The notes beneath the pieces were generated by a model. The model was not told where the DNA came from and ran no database searches. It was given only the letters and a program-made list of their open reading frames with translations. A DNA stretch of 63,232 nucleotides, from positions 1 to 63,232 of the forward strand of contig CAZFSA010000001.1 of assembly GCA_964521535.1 (NCBI GenBank). The letters run 5' to 3'. The position numbers were made by a program, and so were the translations under genes. Positions 1-9,656 of the stretch are shown piece after piece. How positions within the stretch are numbered: position 1 is the stretch's first letter; every line of letters begins with the position of its first letter. This DNA is from an uncultured Gemmatimonas sp. (lineage in GTDB: Bacteria > Gemmatimonadota > Gemmatimonadetes > Gemmatimonadales > GWC2-71-9).

Positions 1-1398
1 AGGTGCTCCACCCCGGCGCGCTGCACGCCGGGCGATGGCCACGATCGGCGCGGGCGGCGGCTCGCGTCCCGCAGCGTCCTCGTCCGGCGGCGCCGGCCGG
101 GAGGCTCCGAAGATTCGGGTCAGCCGATCAGCGGCGAGATCGGCACCCTGGCCGTGCGGCAGGTAGGCCACGGCCGAGACCGCGTCAGGGGCCAGATACT
201 GCGCCGTGACCTCCATCAGGCGCTCGGCGGTCACCGCCATCAGCGCCGCGTATTCCCGCTCCAGCACGTCGACCCCGGCGAAGGCCTCGGCCGCGGCGAA
301 GGCGGACGCCCGGCCCTCCACCGATTCGAGCCGCCGGGCCCACTGCGCGCCGATCAGGGTTCGAGCCCGCTCCAGCTCGGAAACGGATGGCCCCAGCCGC
401 CGAAGGCTCTCGACCTGGGCGGCGATGCCCTCGAGCGCCGGATCGATCCGATCGGGATCGAGATCGGCGGCCACCGAGAAGACACCCACTTCCGAAGGGG
501 AGTAGTGATAGGCGCCGATCGAGGTGACCACGCCGGGCTGCCGAAGGGCCCGATAGAGCCGGCTGCCCCGCCCCGAGCCGAGCACCACCGCGGCCAGATC
601 CAGGGGGGCGGCGTCCGGGTGGAGCGAGGGCAGGCCTCGCCACCCCACGGCGAGCTCGGCGCTCTTCAAGTCGCCGCGGAGGGTGCGGGCGCGGACCTCG
701 TGACGCCACGGCTCCTCCGGAGACCGGTCCACCGCACCCGGCGTTGCGGGCCAGTCCCGATAGGTCGCCTCAACCCGGTCCAACGCCCGATCGGCGTCTA
801 CCGCGCCCACGATCGAAACGATCACCCGGCCGGGCACGTAACGGGAGCGGTAGTACTCCATCACGTCGTCGCGGGTGAACTCCGCCAGCCGCTCCTCCAG
901 CCCGATCCGCCAGCGGCGGATCCGGTGCCGGTCGAAGAGCACCTCGTGAAGGGTCTCCCAGGTGACGGCGGAGGGGGTGTCGCGCTTGCGCTTGGCCTCC
1001 TCGATGATCACCCGCAGCTCGCGCCGCAGCTCGTCGGGGTCGATGGTCGCGTTCCGCAGGGCGTCGGCCTGGATGTCGAGGGCCCGCTCGAAGCCGTCGG
1101 CGGGGAGCACCACGTAATAGCTGGTGGCGTCGTAGCTGGTGGAGGCATTGAGGTAGCCGCCGAGGGCCTTGGTCTCGCTCGCGATCCGCCCCACGCCCCG
1201 GGTGGGCGTGCCCTTGAAGAACATGTGCTCCAGGACGTGGCTGATGCCCTGCCAGCGGTCGGGCTCGTCGAAGAAGCCGGCCTTGACGTGGGTCACCACG
1301 GCCACGGCGGGCGCGGCCGGATCGGCCTGGACCAGAACGGTGAGGCCGTTGTCGAGCACCCGCCGGCGAATGCCGACGGTCCAGCGTCGAGTCTCCAT
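1..1398 (-). CDS. M16 (pitrilysin) family zinc peptidase, partial (C-terminus beyond left edge)
   Basis: Absent from the ORF track because it has no stop inside the window. Hand translation of the minus strand from ATG 1398-1396 gives METRRWTVGIRRRVLDNGLTVLVQADPAAPAVAVVTHVKAGFFDEPDRWQGISHVLEHMFFKGTPTRG... This contains the inverted zincin motif HxxEH (HVLEH) followed by ELRVIIEEAKRK, as in M16 peptidases. The frame is open for all 466 codons to position 1, with G/C-ending codons. Confidence 0.85.
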   Translation of the reverse strand, partial: METRRWTVGIRRRVLDNGLTVLVQADPAAPAVAVVTHVKAGFFDEPDRWQGISHVLEHMFFKGTPTRGVGRIASETKALGGYLNASTSYDATSYYVVLPADGFERALDIQADALRNATIDPDELRRELRVIIEEAKRKRDTPSAVTWETLHEVLFDRHRIRRWRIGLEERLAEFTRDDVMEYYRSRYVPGRVIVSIVGAVDADRALDRVEATYRDWPATPGAVDRSPEEPWRHEVRARTLRGDLKSAELAVGWRGLPSLHPDAAPLDLAAVVLGSGRGSRLYRALRQPGVVTSIGAYHYSPSEVGVFSVAADLDPDRIDPALEGIAAQVESLRRLGPSVSELERARTLIGAQWARRLESVEGRASAFAAAEAFAGVDVLEREYAALMAVTAERLMEVTAQYLAPDAVSAVAYLPHGQGADLAADRLTRIFGASRPAPPDEDAAGREPPPAPIVAIARRAARRGGAP

Positions 1399-1434
1399 CA
1401 GCGAAGTATAGCCCCGCCCGCACCGGGCGGCGGC

Positions 1435-3621
1435 CTACGACCGCAGCGCCAGCCGGAGCTTCGCCGCCAGCTGATTGGACTCGAAGGCCCAACGATCCAG
1501 GCCGTTGGCCACGTTGTGGTTGTAGATCACGAACACCTCGGCGGCAGGGCTCACGATCCAGCGCAAGCGACTGTTGGATCCCAGGTCCCTCGAGCCGGTG
1601 TCGTATTGCACCAGGCTATTGAATTCGAGGTCGGGGGTGATCCCGTAGCGGAACCGCGCCCCGACCAGGGTGGTCTGGAACTGGCCCTCGGGGAGCCGGG
1701 CCACGTTCCGCTCGAGGTCGAGGCCGAGGGCGATCCCGGGGCGGGGCCGCCAGTCGACGCCAAGTTCGAACTCATGCAGCCGCCCCGTGTAGAAGCCCCC
1801 GAAGCTCCATTCCAGATCGAGGCTGAGCGGCCGACGGGCCGCCGACTGGAGCTCGACGCCGTAGCGAACGAAGCGGTAGGTGCCGGGCCCGATCACGACG
1901 CCATCTTCGACCTCGAACGGCGCGAGCAGCCGCTCCCCCTGCGGGGCGATGCGCACCTCCACCCCGTCGCCGCTTTCGAAGTGGAGGTTGACCGGGGTGG
2001 CGACGAACCGGTACGACTCCCAGCGTCCGTCCAGGTCGGCCGCAAGCGTCAGGCGCTGCTCCACGAACAGCTGCCGGATCCCCAGCCGGCCGGGACGCGG
2101 GGCGAGCACCCCGCCGAGGCTAAGGAGATGTACGCCGCGCCGCGGCACGAAGCCCAGGGGCGGATCGAACCGATCGCCGATTCGCTTCCAGGTGAGCGCG
2201 ACGTCGACCAGGTCGTTCGGGTAATCCACCTTGAGGCCCCACGCCGTGCGGTCGCCGGCGGGTACCGAGTCGCCCCCGGACCCCAGGAGCCAGGCGCCAA
2301 CCAGGAAGTTTTGATTGCCGAACAGGCGGGAGGTCCGGATCGTGGCGTCGACCCCTGCCGTCCAGGCGGCCCCGCCCCGGGGATCGCCGATCGTCGCCAG
2401 CAGCCCCACTGCCGACTCGGCGAAGAGGTTCTGGCGGACCCGGACAGCCGCCAGGGTGGAGCCGGGCGTCAGCCCTTCGGCAGGGCCGGTCCTGACCGCG
2501 ACCGCCCCGACCCGGGCGCCGCCGATCTGCCCCCCCAGCTTCGCCCCGACCCGGATCGGAACCTCGCGCCCCGCGAGGAGGCCGACTCGCCGACTGAAGA
2601 ACGGGATGACGTCGGTCCCCAGACCAAGCCCAAACTCGAACGCGTCGCTGCCTTCCAGAAAGAAGGTTCGCTTCTCGGGAAAGAACAGCGGGAACCGGGT
2701 GAGGTTGGTGCGGCGCGCGTCGACTTCAGTCTCGGCGAAGTCCGTATTCAGGGTGAGGGAGGCCAGCAGGTTGGCCGTGAGCCGTAGCTCGGCGTCAACG
2801 CTCGCGTCCCCACCGGCCTCCACCCTCGCCTCGGGCGCCGGAACCCCGGCCCAGGTGGTGACGGAGGGCCGGACGGTGAGCCCCCGGCCCAAGTCGAACC
2901 TCGGGAGACCGACCAGCAGGCCGATGCCGGTCGTCTGGCCGATCTGGCGGTTGCGGCTTACGCCGGTCCAGCGATGCACCTCCAACGCAGCCTGGATGCG
3001 GCGTTCGACGTTGAACGCCCAGGCGTCGGAACCGGGATCGAAGGAGAAGCTGCGAACGGGGAGCCGGATCTCGACCGACCACCCGGAGTCGCTGACCGCC
3101 GCCGCAGCTTCCCAATCGGCGTCCCACTCGGCGTTGGTGCCCTCTCCCTGGTTGGTAATGAGCCCGTCGGTTCGGGCACCGGCCGGCCCAACCGCGAAGA
3201 AATAGCCGGAGCGGCCATCTCGAAAGGTATCGAAGACCAGCGTGAGGTAGTCCTCGTCGTCGAGGTCAGCGTCCCGGCCCCGGGAGCGGGCCACGATCGG
3301 CACCCCGGGAGGCACGGCACAGTGCACGCCGATCACGATCGCCCGAGGCGAAGCCAACACCCGAACCACGGTGCGCCCCGCCGGGAGCCGCCCCTCAACC
3401 GGCTCGACCTCCCAGAGATTGGCGATCGAATCGACCTGGCCCCAGACCGGCTCGCTGAGCTGACCGTCGATCCGAACCAGTTCCGCACCCCGACCGGCCC
3501 GCAGGGTGGGCGCGGAGTCAGGGCTGGGCCATGCGGCGGCAGGGGCGACCTGGCCCAGGAGGACAGCCGCCAGGAGGCCCGTTGCTCGCCAGGCGCTCCC
3601 GCGGTAAGAAGGGCTGCTCAG
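1435..3621 (-). CDS. DUF5916/CBM9-like secreted or outer-membrane protein (paralogue of 53120..55777); start codon uncertain
   Basis: The ORF track gives 1435..3369. The protein resembles the 885-aa protein at 53120..55777 (e.g. DEDYLTLVFDTFRDGRSGYFFAV vs DEITVMIDSHHDRRTGFSFTV). The frame stays open upstream of 3369 and encodes a signal peptide (RGSAWRATGLLAAVLLGQVAPAAAWP). It also encodes IDGQLSEPVWGQV, matching LDGVLDDPIWATA of the paralogue. The only start candidate I see is CTG 3621-3619. Confidence 0.8.
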   Translation of the reverse strand: MSSPSYRGSAWRATGLLAAVLLGQVAPAAAWPSPDSAPTLRAGRGAELVRIDGQLSEPVWGQVDSIANLWEVEPVEGRLPAGRTVVRVLASPRAIVIGVHCAVPPGVPIVARSRGRDADLDDEDYLTLVFDTFRDGRSGYFFAVGPAGARTDGLITNQGEGTNAEWDADWEAAAAVSDSGWSVEIRLPVRSFSFDPGSDAWAFNVERRIQAALEVHRWTGVSRNRQIGQTTGIGLLVGLPRFDLGRGLTVRPSVTTWAGVPAPEARVEAGGDASVDAELRLTANLLASLTLNTDFAETEVDARRTNLTRFPLFFPEKRTFFLEGSDAFEFGLGLGTDVIPFFSRRVGLLAGREVPIRVGAKLGGQIGGARVGAVAVRTGPAEGLTPGSTLAAVRVRQNLFAESAVGLLATIGDPRGGAAWTAGVDATIRTSRLFGNQNFLVGAWLLGSGGDSVPAGDRTAWGLKVDYPNDLVDVALTWKRIGDRFDPPLGFVPRRGVHLLSLGGVLAPRPGRLGIRQLFVEQRLTLAADLDGRWESYRFVATPVNLHFESGDGVEVRIAPQGERLLAPFEVEDGVVIGPGTYRFVRYGVELQSAARRPLSLDLEWSFGGFYTGRLHEFELGVDWRPRPGIALGLDLERNVARLPEGQFQTTLVGARFRYGITPDLEFNSLVQYDTGSRDLGSNSRLRWIVSPAAEVFVIYNHNVANGLDRWAFESNQLAAKLRLALRS

Positions 3622-4739
3622 TGGATGATCCTGAGGACGCCCGCCTCGGCGCTGCCGCGGATGAAGGCCTCGGCGTCGGTGACCGGGATCACCACCCCGG
3701 TCTCCTCCTTGCCGCGCCGGGCCAGGCCGGCCATGAACTCCTCGCGGGTCTGGTGGGTGGCGCCGCCGTCGCCGGCGCGGAGCTGCTCCAGGATCTCCTC
3801 CCAGGTGCCGCGGAGGACCTGGCCTGACAGGGTCGAGACTTGATGATGGTCGGGCCGAACCCCAGGCTTCCGGAGCATCTGCTGCGGCTCCGAGTACAGC
3901 ACGCCGAAGAGCTCGAGCTGCGTGGGATCGCGGACCGAGCCGTTGCTCTGCACCGCCTCGATCTCCGCCAAGAGGTCGTCGACCGGATCGGTCGCGGCCA
4001 TCAGCTCACTCAGCCGGTCGAACCAGGCGGTGAGCGAGGGATCGTCGTCGGCCAGGCGGAAGAAGGTCCGGCGCAGTTCCATCACCCGGAAGAGGCCCAG
4101 CTCCTCGTAGTGGTCCTCGGGCGAGGTCCGATTGAAATGGAGCAGCGCCGCGGCGCTTTCGCCGCGGTCGTACAGGAGATTGGCGAGGTAGATCCGCGGC
4201 TCGGCAAAGGTCGGGTCGAGCTCCAGCGCCCGCCGGAGCCAGTAGAGCGCCGCACCCTCCCGACCCACCCGATGCGACACGTAGCCCATGCAGGCCGCTG
4301 CCTCGGCGCACTCGGGCTCGGCCGCGGCGGCCAGCTCGAAGAATCGGTAGGCCTGGGCCGCGAGACCGTCGCGAAAGAGCGCCCGTCCCACCTGGAGCAT
4401 GAGGTCGTGGTCCTCGTGAAAGCCCAGCTCCAGAATCCGCCCGAATGTCCGGAGCGCACCCTCCCGGTCGCCCACGCGGAGTTGGGTCTCGCCGAACCCG
4501 GCCAGCGCGTCCTCGTGATCGGGCTCCAGCGCCAGGGCCTGGAGGAAGCCCTGCCGGGCCCAGACGAATTCCTCGCGCGCCAGATAGGCGTACCCCACCC
4601 CCACGTGCAACTCCACGGAGGAGGGATAGACGTTGAGCCCGTCCCGCAGAACCTCGAGGGCTTCGTCGTAGCGACCTTGGTTGTAGAGCTGGTGGGCCTG
4701 TTCGTCGTATTCGTCGGAGCTGCGGAACACTTCCGACAT
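3618..4739 (-). CDS. TPR-repeat protein
   Basis: 373-aa ORF with repeated TPR-like helical pairs (YNQGRYDEALEVLRDGLNVYP, AYLAREEFVWARQGFLQALALEPDHEDA, YWLRRALELDPTFAEPRIYLANLLYDRG). Confidence 0.8.
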   Translation of the reverse strand: MSEVFRSSDEYDEQAHQLYNQGRYDEALEVLRDGLNVYPSSVELHVGVGYAYLAREEFVWARQGFLQALALEPDHEDALAGFGETQLRVGDREGALRTFGRILELGFHEDHDLMLQVGRALFRDGLAAQAYRFFELAAAAEPECAEAAACMGYVSHRVGREGAALYWLRRALELDPTFAEPRIYLANLLYDRGESAAALLHFNRTSPEDHYEELGLFRVMELRRTFFRLADDDPSLTAWFDRLSELMAATDPVDDLLAEIEAVQSNGSVRDPTQLELFGVLYSEPQQMLRKPGVRPDHHQVSTLSGQVLRGTWEEILEQLRAGDGGATHQTREEFMAGLARRGKEETGVVIPVTDAEAFIRGSAEAGVLRIIH

Positions 4740-4818
4740 CCGGCGGTGGCTCCCGATCAGGTCGGTGTAAGGTAGGGAGTGCCGCGGGACGGGGGCAAGA
4801 GGGTGGAGGCCCTCGGCA

Positions 4819-5760
4819 TCACTCCGGAGGCCCGGACCTGAACACCGCGGGCGGCTGGGGCGCGGTGTTCACCCGCAGCGTGAAGAGATCCGGCCGGGCG
4901 TAGTGGCCGGTGACGTCGAAGTCGTATTTCCCCCGGGCCAGCTCGCCCAGGTCGAGGTCGGCCACCAGCACGCCGGGCCCATCCCGAAGGGGCCCGGCAA
5001 GCACGCGACCCAAGGGGCTCACGATCAGGCTGCCGCCTCCGATCAGCACGGTTGCCGGGTCGTCGCCCTGGATCGGGCGGTAGTCGGCCGGGTAGTCGCT
5101 CCGCCGGGCGAACTGGCACGCGGAGAGCACGAAGCACCGGCCCTCCAGCGCGACGTGGCGCATCGACGAGGCCCAGACCTCGCGATCGTCCACGGTGGGC
5201 GCGCAGTAGAGCTCCACCCCCTGGGCGTACATCGCCGTCCGGAGGAGCGGCATGTAGTTCTCCCAGCAGATCACGGCCCCGATCCGGCCGATCGGGGTGT
5301 CGAGCACGGGGAGCGTGGAGCCGTCGCCAAAGCCCCAGATCAGCCGCTCCATCGCCGTGGGCATCACCTTCCGGTGGCGGCCGAGAAGGGCGCCTTCGGG
5401 CGAGAAGAAGAGCACGGTGCAGTAGAGGGTGCCGCCGGAGCGCTCCACCACGCCGATCACCAGGTGCACGCCCGCCTCGCCGGCGAGCTCGCCCAGGCGA
5501 TCGGCGACCGGACCTGGTACCTCGATCGCCCCGTCCCAGTAGCGCTGGAAGTCCTCGCGGCCACGGTCGGTACGCATCCCGACCCGGGCGCCGAAGTCGG
5601 CGCCCTTGGGGTAGCCGCCCACGAACGCCTCGGGAAAGACCACCAGCTCGGCCCCCTGGCGTCCGGCCTCGTCCAGCCGGGCCCGGACCCGGTCCAGCGT
5701 AGCCAGCGGATCGAAGGCCACGGCCGCGTCCTGCACCACGGCGGCGCGGATCGTCGTCAT
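4819..5760 (-). CDS. nitrilase / carbon-nitrogen hydrolase family protein
   Basis: 313 aa with a Glu-Lys-Cys triad context: VVFPEAF, HRKVMP, GAVICWENYMP. Confidence 0.9.
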   Translation of the reverse strand: MTTIRAAVVQDAAVAFDPLATLDRVRARLDEAGRQGAELVVFPEAFVGGYPKGADFGARVGMRTDRGREDFQRYWDGAIEVPGPVADRLGELAGEAGVHLVIGVVERSGGTLYCTVLFFSPEGALLGRHRKVMPTAMERLIWGFGDGSTLPVLDTPIGRIGAVICWENYMPLLRTAMYAQGVELYCAPTVDDREVWASSMRHVALEGRCFVLSACQFARRSDYPADYRPIQGDDPATVLIGGGSLIVSPLGRVLAGPLRDGPGVLVADLDLGELARGKYDFDVTGHYARPDLFTLRVNTAPQPPAVFRSGPPE

Positions 5761-5772
5761 GGTCGGGCTCCT

Positions 5773-6540
5773 TCAGGTCGCGGGGCAGGCGGGATGCCCG
5801 GTCTGTCTCGTAACCCGGACGTCCTGCTCCACGGTGGAGGTCATGGCCCGGAGCACCCCTGGGCGTTCGGGCACCCGCGCGTCGACTCGGATCCGCCGCT
5901 CCCACGCGACCGGCCCGTGGGCAGCCGACCAGGAAAGCTCCCCCCGTTCCCGGGTTTCCTGCCGCACGGTGACCAGACTGTCTCCCGCAGTGACGGGTTC
6001 GTCGCCGGCGCCAGCGCGGGTCCAGCGGAAGCGCTCCACCGCCAGGGCGCCCTGGCGCCCGCCGTCCAGCCGGCGGCTCTCCAGGCCCGGTCCGGTCCAG
6101 ACGCCGCCCCGGGCGAGCGGCACCGGAGCGAGCGGCGGGAAGAAGTCGTCGAGCGCGCGGCGGAGGTCGGCCAGGGTGGCGAGGTCATCGGGCACGAACG
6201 GATGGGCGAACACCTCGAACCGCCCGTCGGGCTGGAGCCTGCCCCGGTATCGCCCGCCCACGAAGCCGTCGGTATCGGCGTGCTCGGCGCCGGCTGCGGT
6301 CTCCCGCCAGACGGCGAGCGAGTCGTACCAGGCCTCGACCAGGAGCACACCGGCGGAATCCGCACTCCGGACCACCAGGAGGCCGTCGCGGCCGGCCCGG
6401 TCGCTGGTTTCGGCCCGCCCGCTCCGGGACCGGATCGTGGTGCGAACCTGCTCCTCGAACACCGCGCAGGCAAGGTGCGCCGCCGCGTACCGCGGGGGCT
6501 GCTGGGCCGGGAGCGCGGCGGCCACCGCCGCCATCGTCAC
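5773..6540 (-). CDS. hypothetical protein
   Basis: Track ORF is 5773..6675. I trimmed the start to GTG 6540 (or ATG 6534) because the upstream part overlaps the pruA 3' end and is R/S/P-rich. The remainder has a balanced composition. It sits 13 nt from both neighbours in a pruA-hyp-nitrilase string. Confidence 0.5.
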   Translation of the reverse strand: MTMAAVAAALPAQQPPRYAAAHLACAVFEEQVRTTIRSRSGRAETSDRAGRDGLLVVRSADSAGVLLVEAWYDSLAVWRETAAGAEHADTDGFVGGRYRGRLQPDGRFEVFAHPFVPDDLATLADLRRALDDFFPPLAPVPLARGGVWTGPGLESRRLDGGRQGALAVERFRWTRAGAGDEPVTAGDSLVTVRQETRERGELSWSAAHGPVAWERRIRVDARVPERPGVLRAMTSTVEQDVRVTRQTGHPACPAT

Positions 6541-6553
6541 CAGCGCCAGGGCC

Positions 6554-8182
6554 TCACTGCGCGGCCATGAAGGGATAGCCGTACCCGGTCGGGGGGACGA
6601 AGGTCTCCTTGACCGTCCGCGGCGACACCCAGCGCACCAGGTTGAGGATCGAGCCTGCCTTGTCGTTGGTTCCACTGGCCCGGGCCCCGCCGAACGGCTG
6701 CTGCCCCACCACGGCGCCGGTCGGCTTGTCGTTCACGTAGTAGTTGCCGGCCGCGTGGCGCAGCGCCGCGTTGGCCTGCCGAATCGCCGCCTGGTCGCGG
6801 GCGAAGATCGAACCGGTGAGGGCGTAGGGGCTGGTGCCGTCCACCAGCGCGAGCGTCTCCTTCCACTGGCGATCGGGGTAGACATGGGCGGTGAGGATCG
6901 GCCCGAACAGCTCCTCGCACATGGTGACGTACTTCGGGTTCGACGCCTGGATCAGGGTGGGCTCGATGAACCACCCCTTCCGGTCGTCGGCCCCGCCGCC
7001 GGCCAGGATCCTGACGCCGCGGTCCTTCCGGGCCTGGTCGAGGTAGCCCTTGAGCTTGGCGAACGCCCTGGCGTCGATCACCGCGCCGAGGAAGTTCCGG
7101 AAGTCGGTCACGTCGCCCATCTTGAGCTCGCCGATCATCGCCACCGTCCGATCGCGAACCTGGTTCCAGAGACTCTGGGGGAGGTAGGCGCGCGATGCGG
7201 CGCTGCACTTCTGGCCCTGGTACTCGAAGGCCCCGCGCACCAGCGCCACGGCCACGGCCTCGGGGTCGGCGCTGGGGTGCGCCAGCACGAAGTCCTTGCC
7301 GCCGGTCTCGCCGACCAGTCGGGGGTAGCCGGCGTACCCGGCGATTCGCTCACCCACGGTGCGCCAGAGCTGCTGGAAGACCGAGGTCGAACCGGTGAAA
7401 TGGATGCCGGCCAGGTTCCGATCGGCCAGCAGGCGATCGGTAATGGCGACGGCGTTGCCGGGGACGAAATTGATCACGCCAGGCGGCAGGCCCGCCGCTT
7501 CCAGCACCTTCATCAGGTAGTAGTTGCTGAGCGCCGCGCTGCCGGCCGGCTTCCAGATCACGGTGTTGCCCATCAGGGCGGGCGAGCCGGAGAGGTTGCC
7601 GCCGATGGCGGTGAAGTTGAAGGGCGAGATGGCGTAGACGAACCCTTCGAGCGGCCGGTATTCCAGCCGGTTCCACACGCCGGGCGACGAGATCGGCTGC
7701 TGGGCGTAGAGCTGCTCGGCGTAGTGGCAGTTGAACCGCCAGAAGTCGATCACTTCGCAGGCACTGTCGATCTCGGCCTGGAAGGCGGTCTTGCTCTGGC
7801 CGAGCATGGTGGCGGCGTTGGAGACCTGCCGCCAGGGTCCGGCGAGCAGCTCGGCGGCACGGAGGAAGACGGCTGCCCGGTCCTCGAACGGCCAGTTGGA
7901 CCATTCCTTCCAGGCCCGGGCCGCCGCGCGTACCGCAAGGTTCAGCGTCCGGGCGTCGGCCTCGTGGACCTGGGCCAGGACGTGGCGGTGATCGTGCGGG
8001 CAGACCACGGGATGGGTCTTGCCGGTCCGGATCTCCTGCCCGCCCACAACGATCGGGATATCGACCACCTCGCCCTGCTGCCGCTTGAGCTCGGCCTTGA
8101 GGGCGGCACGTTCCGCGGTGCCGGGGGCGTAGGAGAGGATCGGTTCGTTGCGGGGGGCGGGGATGTTGGCGGTGCCGTTCAT
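6554..8182 (-). CDS. pruA: L-glutamate gamma-semialdehyde (delta-1-pyrroline-5-carboxylate) dehydrogenase
   Basis: 542 aa with aldehyde dehydrogenase motifs FTGSTSVF, VGETGGKD and EYQGQKCSAASR (catalytic Cys). The N-terminal extension and C-terminal GARASGTNDKAG are typical of the long PruA type. Confidence 0.9.
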   Translation of the reverse strand: MNGTANIPAPRNEPILSYAPGTAERAALKAELKRQQGEVVDIPIVVGGQEIRTGKTHPVVCPHDHRHVLAQVHEADARTLNLAVRAAARAWKEWSNWPFEDRAAVFLRAAELLAGPWRQVSNAATMLGQSKTAFQAEIDSACEVIDFWRFNCHYAEQLYAQQPISSPGVWNRLEYRPLEGFVYAISPFNFTAIGGNLSGSPALMGNTVIWKPAGSAALSNYYLMKVLEAAGLPPGVINFVPGNAVAITDRLLADRNLAGIHFTGSTSVFQQLWRTVGERIAGYAGYPRLVGETGGKDFVLAHPSADPEAVAVALVRGAFEYQGQKCSAASRAYLPQSLWNQVRDRTVAMIGELKMGDVTDFRNFLGAVIDARAFAKLKGYLDQARKDRGVRILAGGGADDRKGWFIEPTLIQASNPKYVTMCEELFGPILTAHVYPDRQWKETLALVDGTSPYALTGSIFARDQAAIRQANAALRHAAGNYYVNDKPTGAVVGQQPFGGARASGTNDKAGSILNLVRWVSPRTVKETFVPPTGYGYPFMAAQ

Positions 8183-8415
8183 CGGAGTCGCGGGCTCGGG
8201 GTGGAGGCTGGCCTGGCGAAATTCGGCCGGCCTCTATGTAAGCACGGGACCGGTTCGGGCGCCACCTCCGGCGCGACCCGGGTTCGGGCCGCGTGAGTAG
8301 CGGATTGCGGCTACCGCTCGACCGGCCACCTCCGTCGTCGAGGTCGACTGGGGTAGTCCCGCCTCGGCCGAGGGTTTGCGCGCGCTGGCGGCGGGCTCGG
8401 CCACCACGCGCCAGG

Positions 8416-9186
8416 TCAGAACTGCATCCGCCACTCCACCCCGACCCCATCGGGCGTGGCCGCCACCCGGGGGGCGGACCGGGCGCCAAGCTTGAGCCGA
8501 CCGGTCACCGCGCGGGCGGTGAGGTGGCCCAGCACCGCCCCCGCCACCACGTCGCTCAGCCAGTGCTTATCGTCGTTCATCCGCGACCAGGCGGTGAGCG
8601 TGGCGCCGCCATAGAGCGCGGCCCGGATCCAGGGCCGGTCCACCCGCACCGCGACCACCGAAGCCGCCGCGAACGCCGCGGCGGTATGGCCCGACGGGAA
8701 GGCCTGGCCTTCCCCCAGGGCTTCAAAGGTCAGGGGACCACAGGCGCAGCGCGGCCGCTGCCGGCCGAAGGTGTACTTCAGTCCGGTGGCGGCCCCGGCC
8801 ACTGCCAGCGCCGACGCGCCGAGCTCGGCGCCGGTGCGGACGAGACCGGCGTCGCCGGCCACGAGGCCCACAAGCCCCAGTGCGACCGGCAGGACCACGT
8901 GGGTCCGCCATTCGCCGAGCTGCCGGGCGCCGCCGGCCACGGCGTCGAGAGATCGGCTCCGGTGGTCCTGGAGCAGCTCGCGGGCGGGCGCGTCGAGGGC
9001 GAGGAGCGTCATCATCCCGAACGCGGCGATGGCCAGCGGTTCGGCAACCCGGTGCGGACTCGAGCGAACCTGGATGGGGGCGGCGGCGAGCGCCGCCGCG
9101 GAATCGGGCGACTGCGCGCCGAGCGACGGCAGGCCCAGCAGCATCCCGGAGGTCGCGAACCGCGCCCCCCGCCACCAGCTCCGCAT
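8416..9186 (-). CDS. PAP2 family phosphatase (membrane)
   Basis: PAP2 motifs KYTFGRQRP, PSGH and SRMNDDKHWLSD. Start set at ATG 9186 (MRSWWRG...) because the upstream part of the track ORF is R/G/P-rich. Confidence 0.8.
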   Translation of the reverse strand: MRSWWRGARFATSGMLLGLPSLGAQSPDSAAALAAAPIQVRSSPHRVAEPLAIAAFGMMTLLALDAPARELLQDHRSRSLDAVAGGARQLGEWRTHVVLPVALGLVGLVAGDAGLVRTGAELGASALAVAGAATGLKYTFGRQRPRCACGPLTFEALGEGQAFPSGHTAAAFAAASVVAVRVDRPWIRAALYGGATLTAWSRMNDDKHWLSDVVAGAVLGHLTARAVTGRLKLGARSAPRVAATPDGVGVEWRMQF

Positions 9187-9272
9187 ACCCACCCCCAGGC
9201 TCGGGTTCCGCTCCCGCCCTCCGGGTGTTATTGTCGGCAGGTCGGTGGATCCGGACTGCCAACGAGGCCTGC

Positions 9273-9656
9273 ATGTTTCGTGCTCTTCTTCCCCTGCTCC
9301 TGCTCGCCGGGGTCGGCGGCTGCCGGCCCTACGACGGCTACACCCCCATCGCCAGCGAGCAAGGGCTGATTCCCGCCGCCCAGTATGCCCGGTATGGCAC
9401 CGAGCAGGCCCAGGCGGTGGCGATCGGCCGGTCACTGGGGCGCTGGTACGGTGGCAGGGGAGCGGATGCCCGCGCCGCCCAGGTGTCGCGCGCCGCCAAG
9501 TACGCCGGTACCCTGCCCGGGGTCGCCCACGTGGTGGCCGACACCATGGGATACCGCCTCACGGTGACTTTCAAGAGCGGCTGGAGAACAGCCATCGTTC
9601 CAATCAACGACGGCGTCGAGCCCCAGGATACGCCGGGGCTCCCGGGGGCGCAATAG
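9273..9656 (+). CDS. small lipoprotein, unknown function
   Basis: ATG 9273 gives MFRALLPLLLLAGVGGC|RPYDG, a lipobox (LAGVGGC). 127 aa. Confidence 0.65.
   Translation: MFRALLPLLLLAGVGGCRPYDGYTPIASEQGLIPAAQYARYGTEQAQAVAIGRSLGRWYGGRGADARAAQVSRAAKYAGTLPGVAHVVADTMGYRLTVTFKSGWRTAIVPINDGVEPQDTPGLPGAQ

Noticed and set aside
154-2787. 877-aa plus-strand ORF (with 185..709-, 770..1492- and similar ORFs) spanning the left end.
   Set aside because: R/G/P/A-rich low-complexity translation. It lies antisense to two genes with clear family signatures (M16 peptidase, DUF5916). This is typical shadow-ORF behaviour in roughly 70% GC DNA.
5773-6675. N-terminal 45 residues of the 300-aa ORF overlapping the pruA 3' end.
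   Set aside because: The extension is R/S/P-rich and overlaps pruA by 120 nt. In-frame GTG 6540 and ATG 6534 just downstream of the pruA stop give a more plausible start.
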